This document shows positions 36,428 through 47,302 of a stretch of DNA of 64,000 bases, one piece after another. Every line of letters begins with the position of its first letter. The first letter of the stretch is position 1. The position numbers and the translations under genes were made by a program. The notes below the pieces were generated by a model. That model had not been told where the DNA came from. It was given only the letters and a program-made list of their open reading frames with translations, and did no database searches. Origin of the DNA: Longimicrobiales bacterium (GTDB lineage: Bacteria > Gemmatimonadota > Gemmatimonadetes > Longimicrobiales > Gaopeijiaceae); contig CBDCNQ010000001.1 in the NCBI GenBank assembly GCA_965219445.1, positions 240,754 through 304,753 on the forward strand, in the 5' to 3' direction.

Positions 36428-39161
36428 AGTCCCCCGCTTTAACGAAAGTCATCTTACTCAGGTCGAGATGTCGCCGAACCGCAGCGTTGACGTCCCCGAC
36501 CGTCAGGTTCTGGACGCGCTCCTCGAAATCGGCGTCCCATGAGAGTGTCCTATCCAAGTACAGTCCCTGGGTCAGCATGCTTACGAGGCTACCGTCCTGG
36601 GCTCGCGAAACCTCGCGCGACTGTAAATAGCCCAACTTCGCAACGCGCAACTCGTCGTTGTTGAACCCGTCATCCAAGACTCTTTGGATTTCCTCGCGGA
36701 GTGCAGCCTCCACGTTCTCTACGTTTTCTGGTGCCTGGATGGCGTATGCGTAGAACGAGCCGCTTTCGTCGATAGGATGCCCGCTTATCCCTCCGCCGAC
36801 GTTGTAGCTGAGACCATCCTGTTGCCGAATGCGCACTGCGAGGCGGGAGTTGAGGACTCCGCCACCGATCATGTACCCAGCCAGGATCAGCGCGGGGTAG
36901 TCAGGATCGTCGTCACGTAGAGCCAAGTTCTGCTGGGCGAGCAGGAACGCGTTGGCCTTGTCCGGCGTCTCGAGTTGAATCACCTCCGCCGTCGCATCGA
37001 AGAACTCGGTGCTGATCCGTGTCGCCGGATAAGGGCTCTCCCAGTCTCCGAAGGCTTCCTCTATGACCTCACGGATCTCGTTAGAATCGAAGTCACCGAC
37101 CACAGCTAAAGTACCGAGCTGTGGACCATAAAAATCACGATGGAAGGCCCTCGCCTCGTCGAGCGTTGCAGCCGCCAGGGCGGCCACACTCTCATCGACG
37201 GTTGGGGTGTAGTTCGGATGTCCCTGCGGTGCCGGGTTCATGTGCCGCCCCAGAGCGTTCTGTGCCAAGGCCGAAGGCTCCGAGCGCTGCTGCTCGAGAG
37301 CCGCCAGCTGCTGCTCCTTGAGCGTCTCGAACTCGTCCTCGGGAAAAGTGGGTTCTCGTACGATCTCGGCCATAAGGCGCAGGGCCTCACCCAGGCTCTC
37401 ACGAATCGTCTGGACGCTTCCGAACGCCTGGCCCACGGATCCTCCCACCCCCCCCGTGGCCTGCATCCGGTCGAACTCGTCCTGGATCTGTTGGCGTGTG
37501 TGGCCGAACGAGCCACGCATGAGCAATTGCCCGGCGAGGGATCCCGCCGTTTCCCGATCTGTGAGGGCCGCCTCGTCCCCTAGGATCACGCGGAAGCGCG
37601 CGTTCACCGTCTCGCCCCTCGTTTCCTTCGGGAGGAGCGCCACCCTCATGCCGTTCGCGAGGGAGTACCGCGTGGTGCGTTGCTCGATGTTCGACGGGGA
37701 GGGGTCGAACGCTTCTCCCGCCGCGATGGCCTTCCGCCCCGTGTATCCGTCCAGCGCCGAGGCGATGTCGGGAAGATCGGGGACTTCGGCGCGGTCCGGC
37801 TCCTCGGTGGGGTAGAAGAGGCCGACCGTGCGGTTGTCGGGCTTGAGGTACTCCGCGGCCACACGCTGCACGTCCTGCGGCTCGACGGCCTCGATTCGGT
37901 CTCGGTGCAGGAAGAAGAGCCGCCAATCACCCATGGAAGCCCACTCGCTGAGTTGAAGGGCGATGCTCTCGGGGTTGTTGAACGTCTGTTCGAAGCCGTT
38001 GAGCAGGGACGTCTTGGCCCGATCGACTTCTTCGTCTGTGACTGGAGTGCGGAGAGCGTCGACGAGCACCTCGTTCATCGCGGTGACCGCCGCCGACAGG
38101 TCGTCCTCTGTTCTCACTTGTGCAAAAGTGAGGAGCGGCCCTGCCTCGCGGAGCTGGTAGGCGAAGGAGCCGGTCGAAGCCGCCAAGCCCGGCTCGACCA
38201 GCGCTCGATACAGACGTCCGGAGGGTTGGTCCCCGAGTACCTGCGATAGGATGTCGATCGCCGCGTAGTCTGGATGGGAGCCGGGGGGAACATGGTACGA
38301 CATCAGCACGACCTGGATGTCGCCCACTCGCCGGAGCGTCACCGAGCGCTCCCCGTCTTGGACGGGCTCCCGAGTGTAGGTCTCCCATAAAGTGTTTTCA
38401 CCACTGCGATCCGGGCGTGGGATGCTTCCGAACCTCTCGGCGATCAACTCCAGAGCCTGCTCGGTCTCGAACCTACCCGTTACGATGAGTAGGGCGTTGT
38501 CGGGCTGGTAGTACTTCTGATAGAAGGCCTGGAGGCGGTCGATGGGTACGCCCTCTACGTCTGAGCGGGCGCCAATGACGGACTTCCCGTAGTTGTGCCA
38601 CAGGTAAGCCGTTGCGAGGGAGCGGGAGAGAAGCACCCCGAACGGACTGTTTTCTCCGGATTCCATCTCGTTCCGGACCACGGTCATCTCCGACCCCAGG
38701 TCCTCCCCGGAGATGAACGAGTTGACCATGCGATCGGCTTCGAGGTCCAAGGCCCACTCGATATTCTCTTCGGTGGCGGGAAAGGTCTCGAAGTAGTTGG
38801 TACGATCGAAGGAGGTAGTCCCGTTGGGGCGGGCTCCGTGCTCCGTCAGCTCCTCATCGATATTCGGGTGATCGGGGGTACCCTGGAACACCAGATGCTC
38901 CAGAAGATGGGCCATGCCGGTCTCACCGTATGCCTCATGCCGTGATCCGACGAAGTAGGTGACGTTGACGGTCACGGTGGGCTTGCTGGCATCCGGGAAG
39001 AGGAGGAACCGCAGTCCGTTGTCGAGGCTGTACTCGGTAATCCCCTCGACCTCTGTAATCGGTGTGATTTCTTGCCCCGCGGTCGGCGCGGCTACCATGA
39101 GGATCAAGAACGTCCACGTGGTCAGGCAGCGGTATCCGGATCGGACGTGATGACGGCACAT
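36396..39161 (-). CDS. Exported M16 (pitrilysin-family) zinc peptidase
   Basis: Signal peptide, HLLEH, NGTTSFDRTNY, second half SRL..RIR...GLSY; ATG 39161 after GAGGAGG. Confidence 0.93.
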   Translation of the reverse strand: MCRHHVRSGYRCLTTWTFLILMVAAPTAGQEITPITEVEGITEYSLDNGLRFLLFPDASKPTVTVNVTYFVGSRHEAYGETGMAHLLEHLVFQGTPDHPNIDEELTEHGARPNGTTSFDRTNYFETFPATEENIEWALDLEADRMVNSFISGEDLGSEMTVVRNEMESGENSPFGVLLSRSLATAYLWHNYGKSVIGARSDVEGVPIDRLQAFYQKYYQPDNALLIVTGRFETEQALELIAERFGSIPRPDRSGENTLWETYTREPVQDGERSVTLRRVGDIQVVLMSYHVPPGSHPDYAAIDILSQVLGDQPSGRLYRALVEPGLAASTGSFAYQLREAGPLLTFAQVRTEDDLSAAVTAMNEVLVDALRTPVTDEEVDRAKTSLLNGFEQTFNNPESIALQLSEWASMGDWRLFFLHRDRIEAVEPQDVQRVAAEYLKPDNRTVGLFYPTEEPDRAEVPDLPDIASALDGYTGRKAIAAGEAFDPSPSNIEQRTTRYSLANGMRVALLPKETRGETVNARFRVILGDEAALTDRETAGSLAGQLLMRGSFGHTRQQIQDEFDRMQATGGVGGSVGQAFGSVQTIRESLGEALRLMAEIVREPTFPEDEFETLKEQQLAALEQQRSEPSALAQNALGRHMNPAPQGHPNYTPTVDESVAALAAATLDEARAFHRDFYGPQLGTLAVVGDFDSNEIREVIEEAFGDWESPYPATRISTEFFDATAEVIQLETPDKANAFLLAQQNLALRDDDPDYPALILAGYMIGGGVLNSRLAVRIRQQDGLSYNVGGGISGHPIDESGSFYAYAIQAPENVENVEAALREEIQRVLDDGFNNDELRVAKLGYLQSREVSRAQDGSLVSMLTQGLYLDRTLSWDADFEERVQNLTVGDVNAAVRRHLDLSKMTFVKAGDFSTLARREAL

Positions 39162-39233
39162 GGCTCCCTCCTCCTCGCATAGGCACCCTTTCGGGGCCGG
39201 CGGCAAGTGGTCGTTCGGCGCCGGCTCGATCTC

Positions 39234-40970
39234 TCAGAACCCCGCGCCCGCTGCTTCCGTGGTGGACACCTCTAGAGTACGTAGACGATTCAGAGCGGCA
39301 GTGAGTTCCATCGGACGGAATTGAGCCAAATCGCCGACTCCCCGATCGTCCAGTTCGTCTAGGCCCTCCTTCTCGATCACCTTCATGACGAGGGTGAGAA
39401 TCTCGCTCACGGAACGCCGCCCGTCCATGAACCGGTCGCGGGCCATGAGCAATCCGCGGCCCACGGCGAGCGTCTGAGCGCGAGACACGAGTTGGGTGAC
39501 CGAGGAAAGGTCGATCCTTTCGTTTCCGAACACCAACGAACGCCCTGGGAAAACCTTGATCTCCGTTTCCCGCTTAGCCGTACTGGGATCGACCGAGGTG
39601 GGATTTGGAAGTCGTGTCTGGAACGGCTCGAGCGGTCCGGGCGCTTCCCTCTCTCGGCCGGTGGGAAGCTCCGACGCGACGCGCCGTGCGTCCGCGGTCA
39701 CATCGGACGGACGGAAATCCTTCATAGCGATGACCGTGTCGGCGACGTCGAGATAATCGCCGCTCCCCCCGAGAACGATGACGCAACTGACGCCTCGCGT
39801 CTCCCAGAGCGATCTGACCCGGTCGATCAAAGGCGTAATGGGCTCCCCCTCCTTCGGGACCAGCTCCTGCATTCGCCGATCACGGATCATGAAGTTGGTA
39901 GCCGCAGTGTCTTCGTCGATCAGCAAAGTGGTCGCCCCTGCCTCGAGCGCCTCGACAATACCGGCCGCCTGACTCGTGGAACCGGACGCGTTCGGTGTCG
40001 AGAACGCGCGGGTGTCCTGTCCTTGAGGGAGCGCGCCGATGAAGGAAGAAATGTCGACCCCGGCCACGGAGCGGCCGTCTTCGGCTCTGATCTTTGCTGC
40101 CGACGGATCGGTCACCACAGATTCTCGGCCGTCTTGGTAACAATGATTGTAGACACCGTGTTCGATAGCCCGAAGCAAGGTGCTCTTCCCGTGGTAGCCG
40201 CCTCCCACGATAAGGGTGACCCCGCGCGGAATCGCCATCCCCTGAACCGTGCCGGCGTTAGGGAGTTCGACCTCCGCTGTCAGTCCGGCCGGCGTTGAGA
40301 ACGGGATTGCAGTGTCCCCGAGCAGGGGTCGGTCGTCCACACCGCTTTTTCGGGCTAGGTGGGCTCCATCTGTGACGAAGGCGACCCAGCTCCGTGTTTC
40401 CAACTCCGCCCGCAACGCGTCGGCGTCCTCGTTGGTTAGCGCGTGCTGCAGGATGTCCTGATGTCCGACCGATCCGGCTCGGAGGCTGCGATCCACGACA
40501 GTGGGAACGTCCGCCGAAAGCAGTTCTATCGCCTCATGTCCGCTCGCGCGCCGCCCGCGGGCGGGCAGCCCGATCCGAAAGCGGGCCTCAACCGTGCCAT
40601 CTTCGCCGACGATGACGGCGGTCTGCGCCAATACCTCCTGGCCCGGAGTCTCGATCTCGATGACGCCGCTCTTTCCGCTTCCCCGCTGGATCATGGTGCT
40701 CCGTGCCGCTTCATGGAAACGCTTTGCGAGCAGACTGGCAACGCCCAACCTCCTCGATCGGGAGGTGAGCACATCGGGCTCGAGGGCGGCCGTCTCCCGG
40801 GAAAGGATCACTCGTACGCGACTCGGCGCGGCGAACGGGTCACCCTGGACGTGGTCTACACCTAGGGTGAAGTCGGGGAAGGCCCAGGTGCCTCGCAACC
40901 CTTTGTAGGCTTTGTATCCTTGTCCGTCGATCCCGTTCAGGAAATCGACCAGGGCGTCCACGGTATTCAT
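39234..40970 (-). CDS. ABC-class ATPase domain protein of unknown function
   Basis: DHVQGDPFAAPS, GGGYHGKST, ASGSTSQAA, LLIDEDT. Confidence 0.88.
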   Translation of the reverse strand: MNTVDALVDFLNGIDGQGYKAYKGLRGTWAFPDFTLGVDHVQGDPFAAPSRVRVILSRETAALEPDVLTSRSRRLGVASLLAKRFHEAARSTMIQRGSGKSGVIEIETPGQEVLAQTAVIVGEDGTVEARFRIGLPARGRRASGHEAIELLSADVPTVVDRSLRAGSVGHQDILQHALTNEDADALRAELETRSWVAFVTDGAHLARKSGVDDRPLLGDTAIPFSTPAGLTAEVELPNAGTVQGMAIPRGVTLIVGGGYHGKSTLLRAIEHGVYNHCYQDGRESVVTDPSAAKIRAEDGRSVAGVDISSFIGALPQGQDTRAFSTPNASGSTSQAAGIVEALEAGATTLLIDEDTAATNFMIRDRRMQELVPKEGEPITPLIDRVRSLWETRGVSCVIVLGGSGDYLDVADTVIAMKDFRPSDVTADARRVASELPTGREREAPGPLEPFQTRLPNPTSVDPSTAKRETEIKVFPGRSLVFGNERIDLSSVTQLVSRAQTLAVGRGLLMARDRFMDGRRSVSEILTLVMKVIEKEGLDELDDRGVGDLAQFRPMELTAALNRLRTLEVSTTEAAGAGF

Positions 40971-41031
40971 CGGAGCCCATCCGACACCTGGGGTTCGTGC
41001 CGGTTCCAGAGTGCCCTACTTTGCCGGCGCT

Positions 41032-41616
41032 CTAATCCTCCCGCTCTTTCCAATGAAAGCCAGGCGGGTCCTTGGACACCAGCCACGAGAGGTACCATGG
41101 GCGTGGGGTCCGAGGCCGCTCGGCATCCTCGGAGCGTCGCCCGCGGCTCTTCCTCCGTTCCCAGGGCAATCGGGGCGGCTTCATCTCCCGTGGGGGCCCT
41201 ACGTCGAAGCTGGCCTGGTCAGGTTCGGTCGGCTCTGCCGAAGATTGCCATTTGAACCCCGACGGATGGTCTGGGCGATCTTTGCCCTCCCCCGGACTGT
41301 CCGACCGCCAGTGAAAGATCGGGACGTCCTCGGAGGGGGGAGCTCCCCACTGGAATCCAGAGCCGCGATCGGCCGGTGGATCCAGAGGACCGAGGTCCGG
41401 GCCGCGGCGTCCTGGACCCTCCCAACTGCAGCGGGAGCACCACCGCCATTGAAGCCAAGGCGATAGTAACCTCAGAAGTCGCCGGAGGACTACGGGGTTG
41501 GTTGCGCCACCACAGTGGGGGCACAGCCGTCCTCGCGGAAGCACCAAATATGCCACAGAGGCGGTGACCACGAGGAACATCAAGAGGATACCTACGAGTG
41601 AGATGAAAAGAAACAC
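41032..41616 (-). CDS. Membrane-anchored zinc-ribbon protein with disordered tail
   Basis: N-terminal TM, CPHC..CSRC, Pro/Gly-rich tail; GTG 41616 after GAGAGG. Confidence 0.65.
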   Translation of the reverse strand: MFLFISLVGILLMFLVVTASVAYLVLPRGRLCPHCGGATNPVVLRRLLRLLSPWLQWRWCSRCSWEGPGRRGPDLGPLDPPADRGSGFQWGAPPSEDVPIFHWRSDSPGEGKDRPDHPSGFKWQSSAEPTEPDQASFDVGPPREMKPPRLPWERRKSRGRRSEDAERPRTPRPWYLSWLVSKDPPGFHWKERED

Positions 41617-41824
41617 AAATTCGCCTCTCGATGAGCCAGCCAAGGACGCTTCTGTAGAATACCATGGCTCCTGCGGCAGAGTCCAGCAAATCTTCCCGTG
41701 CCGGTTCAAGAGCCCTTGCGTTACCTTTCTTGGCACCCGGGTGCTCATCCCCGGGATGACCCCGACCCGGGATCCGGTGGCCTGTGCTTTGGGTCGACCC
41801 TCGGAGCCATCTCCCAGTGAAAGC

Positions 41825-43654
41825 ATGAAAATCAGGAACATTGCCATCATCGCCCACGTGGATCATGGCAAGACCACGCTCGTGGACGAGATGCTCCGCC
41901 AAACAGGTGTCTTTCGTGCGAACGAGAACGTACAGGAGCGCGTACTCGACTCCAACCCGCTCGAACGGGAACGTGGGATCACGATTCTTGCCAAGAACAC
42001 CTCGATCCGCTGGGGCGACGTGAAAATCAACATCGTCGATACGCCGGGTCACGCCGATTTCGGCGGTGAGGTCGAGCGCACCTTACGCATGGTCGACGGG
42101 GTGCTGCTGCTCGTGGACGCTGTGGAGGGCCCGATGCCGCAGACGCGGTTCGTGACTCGAAAGGCGTTGGAGCTCGGACTCCAGCCAATTGTGATCGTCA
42201 ACAAAGTCGACCGGTCGGACGCCCGCGCGATCGAGGTTCACGACGAGATCCTCGAGCTCTTCATGAACCTCGATGCCTCCGACACCCAGCTGGATGCTCC
42301 CTTTCTTTACGCTGTCGGACGAGACGGCTGGGCGAGCCTCGATCCAGGCGCGTCGGAGGGCGATCTGGAGCCGCTCTTCGAGACCATCACCGAACACATC
42401 ACCCCCCCGCTCGTCGATCCAGACGGCGCGTTCCAGATGCTGATTTCCACGCTCGACCACTCGAACTACGTGGGGCGTATCGGAATCGGACGGGTCGAGC
42501 GAGGGAGGGTGGCCGTCGGGGACGCGGTCGCGCTGCTTCCTCTAGGGAATCCAGGCTCGGTCGACCCGGAGGAGGCGACGCTTGGCCGGGTGGTACAACT
42601 CTATGGATTCGAGGGCTTGGAGCGCGTGGAGATCGAAGCCGCGGACGCCGGGGACATTGTGGCGGTTGCGGGAATCGAGGGAGTCGAAATCGGGAAGACC
42701 ATCGCCGATGTCGACGTCCGCGAGCGGTTGCGCGGGATCGCGGTGGAGGAGCCCACCGTCTCGGTGGATTTCACCGTGAACGACTCACCCTTCGCGGGTC
42801 GGTCGGGTAAGTTCGTGACCACCCGGCAGGTTCGCGAACGGTTGATGAGGGAACTTGAGCGCAACGTTGCCCTTCGGGTCGAGGAGACCGGGGTACCCGA
42901 TACCTTCACCGTATCGGGCCGGGGCGAGCTGCATCTCTCGATACTCATGGAGACGATGCGTCGGGAGGGATACGAGTTCCAGGTCTCTCGGCCGCGGGTT
43001 ATCGAAAAGAAGGGACCCGACGGCCTTCTGGAGCCGTTTGAAGAGGCCGTCATCGAAGTCCCGGAACGACACATCGGTGTGGTTATGGAGAAGATGGGTC
43101 CGCGACGTGCAGAGATGATCGAGATGAAGCCGACGGACAGGGGTCCTGTCCGGCTCCGGTTCCGGGTGCCTTCTCGGGGACTCTTCGGCTACCGGTCCGA
43201 GTTCTTGACGGATACCAGGGGCGAGGGGCTCCTCCACCACCGATTTCTGGAATACGGTCCGCATGCGGGGACGTTGATGGGCCGCAGGAAGGGCGTACTC
43301 GTGGCCGACCGGGAGGGACTTGCCGTTGGTTTTGCCCTCTTCAACCTCCAGGAGCGCGCCACAATGTTCGTAGCGCCAGGGCAAGCGGTATACTCCGGGA
43401 TGATCGTGGGCGAGCACGTGCGCCCGGGTGACCTGGACGTCAACGCCTGTAAGGGCAAGAAACTCACCAACATGCGGACTACGGCCACGGATGAGAACAT
43501 CAAACTGGAACCGCCAAGGGAACTGACGCTCGAACTCGCGCTGGAGTTCATCGAAGACGATGAGCTGATCGAGGTCACGCCGGAGCGGATCGGTTTGAGA
43601 AAGCGGCATCTCGACCCTATCGCGCGCAAGAAGGCTGCGCGTAAGAAGGCTTGA
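41825..43654 (+). CDS. typA: Translational GTPase TypA/BipA
   Basis: [44 protein letters not shown]. Confidence 0.97.
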   Translation: MKIRNIAIIAHVDHGKTTLVDEMLRQTGVFRANENVQERVLDSNPLERERGITILAKNTSIRWGDVKINIVDTPGHADFGGEVERTLRMVDGVLLLVDAVEGPMPQTRFVTRKALELGLQPIVIVNKVDRSDARAIEVHDEILELFMNLDASDTQLDAPFLYAVGRDGWASLDPGASEGDLEPLFETITEHITPPLVDPDGAFQMLISTLDHSNYVGRIGIGRVERGRVAVGDAVALLPLGNPGSVDPEEATLGRVVQLYGFEGLERVEIEAADAGDIVAVAGIEGVEIGKTIADVDVRERLRGIAVEEPTVSVDFTVNDSPFAGRSGKFVTTRQVRERLMRELERNVALRVEETGVPDTFTVSGRGELHLSILMETMRREGYEFQVSRPRVIEKKGPDGLLEPFEEAVIEVPERHIGVVMEKMGPRRAEMIEMKPTDRGPVRLRFRVPSRGLFGYRSEFLTDTRGEGLLHHRFLEYGPHAGTLMGRRKGVLVADREGLAVGFALFNLQERATMFVAPGQAVYSGMIVGEHVRPGDLDVNACKGKKLTNMRTTATDENIKLEPPRELTLELALEFIEDDELIEVTPERIGLRKRHLDPIARKKAARKKA

Positions 43655-44166
43655 TGATGGCCCTCTTCCAGAAGGATCTCGTCTCCGAGAACAACCATCC
43701 CTTGAACCTCGTCGAGCGTGAGGCGAGTTATGAACCGTCCGTCGTCCGCCCGCCGATCTTCGAGGTGTATATGCGCATGGCCGAGGAGTTGGCCAAGCGA
43801 AGCACCTGCGCCCGGCGCAAGGTGGGGACGGTCATCACGGACCCCCATCTCGAAAACGTGATCGCCATCGGTTACAACGGGAACGCTCGACGCTTTCCGA
43901 ACGAGTGTGATGGACCGACCCCGGGGGCGTGCGGATGCATCCATTCGGAGCAAAACGCACTGGTCAAGGCTCCGGGAGGCATGGCGGACAAGGTGGCGTT
44001 CATCACCGCGAGCCCATGTGTGACCTGCGCCAAATTGCTCATCCAGGGCAACATCTCACATGCCTTCTACCGTGAGATCTATCGAGATCCGTCTGGCCTG
44101 GAGGTCCTGGCACGCGCGGGTGTAACCCCGGTCCGCTACGTGCGATGGATGCAGGATTGGCGTTGA
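43654..44166 (+). CDS. dCMP deaminase family protein
   Basis: RSTC.RRKVG, GYNG, HSEQNA, SPCVTC. Confidence 0.88.
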   Translation: MMALFQKDLVSENNHPLNLVEREASYEPSVVRPPIFEVYMRMAEELAKRSTCARRKVGTVITDPHLENVIAIGYNGNARRFPNECDGPTPGACGCIHSEQNALVKAPGGMADKVAFITASPCVTCAKLLIQGNISHAFYREIYRDPSGLEVLARAGVTPVRYVRWMQDWR

Positions 44167-44238
44167 CGTTTTCCGGACTTCCAGAATTCATCCGTCACGT
44201 TATCTTCGGGCCTTCGTCACGGTTTAGGAGATCATTTT

Positions 44239-45351
44239 GTGGAGTCGTCACCCATAGAGAGTACCCCCTCGTTTGGCCGCTTCTTCCTTCCGGGTCCGAC
44301 GGAGGTCCATCCGGAAGTGCTGAGCGCCCAGAACCGCGCTCTAATCGGGCACCGAGGACCAGCCATCAAGGAGCTCGTGGGCGATCTGCAGACCGGGCTC
44401 AAAGATCTGTTCCGCACGGAGAGTCCGGTCCTGATATCAACATCGTCCGCGACCGGTCTGATGGAGGCTGCCGTTCGAAACGGAGCCCGATCTCGCGTTC
44501 TGAGTCTGGTGAACGGCGCCTTCAGCCAGCGGTTCGGCCAAATCGCAGAGGCCTGTGGATTCGAGGTCGAAAAGCTCGAGGTGGAGTGGGGCCAGACCAT
44601 CACCGCTGACCAGGTGCGTGAGAAATTGGCTTCGGGTGGGTTCGATGCCGTTACGGTTGTTCACTCAGAGACGTCCACCGGCGCCTTGAACCCCGTCAAC
44701 CAGATTGCGGAGGCCGTCCGAGAGCAGGACGACGTAGTACTTCTGGTAGACTCGGTGACGGGTGTGGGAGGGGCGGAGGTTCGGACCGACGAGTGGGCTT
44801 TGGACTTCGTGCTCACCGGATCGCAAAAAGCTCTCGCGTTGCCCCCCGGCCTCTCCTTCGGCGTGGCCTCTGAACGCCTCCTGGCGCGTTCCGCCGATGC
44901 TAAGAAGAAGGGGGTCTATTTCGATCTGGTCTCGTTTCTGAAGCAGCTCGACAATCTCCAGACCCCGAACACGCCCGCGATTACACTTTTCTACGCCCTA
45001 GCCAAGCAGTTGGACCGGATACGGCTGGAGGGGTTGGAGGCTCGATGGGACCGTCACCGGGCGATGGCCGACCGGTGCGTCCAGTGGGTGGACATGATGT
45101 GTCAGCAGAGAGGGGTGGCTTTGTCGGTACTTGCGCCCGAGGGGTCCCGTTCTCCCACGGTGACCTGCGTGGGGCTTCCGGAGGGGACGACCGGGCCGTC
45201 GGTGGTCTCGGCGATGAAAGAGAGAGGCTTCACGATCGGCGGGGGGTACGGTAAGCTGAAGGAGACCGCGTTCCGAGTCGGTCATATGGGTGACCATACC
45301 GTGGCCGAACTCGATGCGGTGCTGGACGCTCTAGGGGAGGTACTCTCGTGA
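44239..45351 (+). CDS. Class V aminotransferase (probable phosphoserine aminotransferase role)
   Basis: PGPT, VHSETSTG, TGSQKALALPPG; coupled to serA. Confidence 0.88.
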   Translation: MESSPIESTPSFGRFFLPGPTEVHPEVLSAQNRALIGHRGPAIKELVGDLQTGLKDLFRTESPVLISTSSATGLMEAAVRNGARSRVLSLVNGAFSQRFGQIAEACGFEVEKLEVEWGQTITADQVREKLASGGFDAVTVVHSETSTGALNPVNQIAEAVREQDDVVLLVDSVTGVGGAEVRTDEWALDFVLTGSQKALALPPGLSFGVASERLLARSADAKKKGVYFDLVSFLKQLDNLQTPNTPAITLFYALAKQLDRIRLEGLEARWDRHRAMADRCVQWVDMMCQQRGVALSVLAPEGSRSPTVTCVGLPEGTTGPSVVSAMKERGFTIGGGYGKLKETAFRVGHMGDHTVAELDAVLDALGEVLS

Positions 45352-46952
45352 GTGAGAGATTCGTGGTCATCGCGGGCGACAAGATCTCCCTTTCGGGCCT
45401 GACACCCCTGACCGAGGATGACCGCTTCGAGGTCCTGGTGCCCGACGGTTGGACGCCAGAGGAGATGCAGGAGGCGTTAGGCCGGGCCCACGGTCTCATC
45501 GTTCGAAGTGAGACCAAAGTGAACCGCGAGCTTCTGGATCAGGCTCCGAATCTGAAGGTGGTTGGCCGCGCCGGGGTGGGGGTCGACAACATCGATCTCG
45601 AAGTCGCAACCGAGCTCGGGATCCCGGTGATCAACGCTCCGGAGGGTAACACGGTGTCCGCGGCTGAACTCGCCATGGCGCTCATTCTGACGGTTGCGCG
45701 TAACGTGTCTTGGGCAGACGCGTCCGTGCGGAGCGGTGCATGGGCTCGATCTCAGTTCTCTGGAATGGAAATTCGCGGCAAGACTCTGGGACTCGTCGGT
45801 GCGGGGCGGATCGGGACCGAGGTCACGATGCGCGCGCAGGCCTTCGGGATGGAGGCGATCGCGTACGATCCCTACCTGACCGAAGAGCGTGCCAAGGATC
45901 TAGGAATCGAGCGGGTCGAGCTCAGTGACGTGATCGCTCGCGGGGATGTGATCTCGTTGCACGTTCCGCTCACGCCGGAAACGGAGGACATGATCGGCGA
46001 GGATGAACTCAAGGCCATGAAGCCGACGGCCGTCCTGGTCAATGCGGCGCGGGGTGGTGTGGTCAATGAGGCTGCTCTGGTTGCGGCACTTGAATCGGGA
46101 GAGATCGCGGCCGCCGCGCTCGACGTGTACGCGACCGAGCCACTTCCCGAGGACAGTCCGCTGAGGGGAACGAAGAACCTGGTTCTCACGCCGCATCTCG
46201 GGGCTTCGACCGGGGAGGCCCAGGAGTTGGTCGCGACCGAGATCGCACGGGGTGTGAGCGCGGCGCTGCTCGACGGGGACCTGTCGAAAGCTCTGAACGC
46301 TCCAGCGATCGGAGGGGAGGACCTGGAGTACCTCAGACCTCTCATGGATCTCGCGGGTCGGGTTGGGCGCGTGGTCGGCGTCCTGGGGCGGGGCGGGATG
46401 CAGCGGGCCGACATCTCCGTCGCGGGGCTGGATGAGGAGATCCTCGGGCCGTTGACGGCGGCGGCCATGACTGGGATGCTCACACCCGTGGTGGGCGTGC
46501 GGAACGTAAACTACGTCAACGCCCTCCACATCGCCGAAGGACGGGGTATTGAGATCACCACGACGCTGCAGCCCCCGCGGGGTGACTATGCCAAGTTCCT
46601 CGAGATCGTTCTGGAGACCGAGGACCAGAAGGTGCGCGTGGCCGGTGCGCTACTGGGGGAGCACCATCATCCTCGGATCGTGCAGATCGACGGGTATGAG
46701 TTGAGTGTGCAGCCCGAAGGGTGTCTGATGGTACTCCGGAACAATGATGTCCCGGGCGTCATCGGGAGGGTGGGGACCCTCTTGGCGGCGCACGGTTTGA
46801 ATATCGCCGAGTACATCCAGTCGAGAGAGGCCAAGGGTGGCCTCGCGTTGGCCGCCGTGTCCGTCGATGGTAACGTCAGCCCTGAGTTTCTAGCGACTCT
46901 TTCCGAGGACGACGACATCCTGGACGCGCGGGCCGTTTACTTCGACAGCTGA
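45348..46952 (+). CDS. serA: D-3-phosphoglycerate dehydrogenase with ACT domain
   Basis: [41 protein letters not shown]. Confidence 0.95.
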   Translation: MSERFVVIAGDKISLSGLTPLTEDDRFEVLVPDGWTPEEMQEALGRAHGLIVRSETKVNRELLDQAPNLKVVGRAGVGVDNIDLEVATELGIPVINAPEGNTVSAAELAMALILTVARNVSWADASVRSGAWARSQFSGMEIRGKTLGLVGAGRIGTEVTMRAQAFGMEAIAYDPYLTEERAKDLGIERVELSDVIARGDVISLHVPLTPETEDMIGEDELKAMKPTAVLVNAARGGVVNEAALVAALESGEIAAAALDVYATEPLPEDSPLRGTKNLVLTPHLGASTGEAQELVATEIARGVSAALLDGDLSKALNAPAIGGEDLEYLRPLMDLAGRVGRVVGVLGRGGMQRADISVAGLDEEILGPLTAAAMTGMLTPVVGVRNVNYVNALHIAEGRGIEITTTLQPPRGDYAKFLEIVLETEDQKVRVAGALLGEHHHPRIVQIDGYELSVQPEGCLMVLRNNDVPGVIGRVGTLLAAHGLNIAEYIQSREAKGGLALAAVSVDGNVSPEFLATLSEDDDILDARAVYFDS

Positions 46953-46972
46953 GCGGGGTCAGTGGACTCGTG

Positions 46973-47293
46973 TTACCGTATGACGTTGTACTCTCTCGGG
47001 ACACGGGTCACGGCTGCGATGTCGATCGCGTCAACGGTCCTTCCCCATTCCTGACACGGTCGTCGCCTTGAGAAGCGAGTTGTAGATCGCTTCTTCCGTG
47101 GCCTCCACTGTGCCCTCGAAAAGCGCCGACAGGCCACTGTTCGGTACCTCCACGGACTCGGTCCACTCCTCGCCCAGCGTGCGTCGTACTCCAGGTGCCG
47201 TGGAGAACGCGATGACGTAGTCACCACTTCCGTTTCCGGCGAGGGAGCCGGTGCGGGCGAGTCCCATGACGGCCCGCCGGGCCAGGCGCTCCA
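46973..47293 (-). pseudogene. 3' remnant of a DmpA/P1-family aminopeptidase, frameshifted
   Basis: LERLARRAVMGLARTGS..GNGSGDYVIAFST..VEATEEAIYNSL; frame switch near 47040 to GRTVDAI; no N-terminal two-thirds. Confidence 0.8.
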
Positions 47294-47302
47294 GCCCGAT
47301 CG

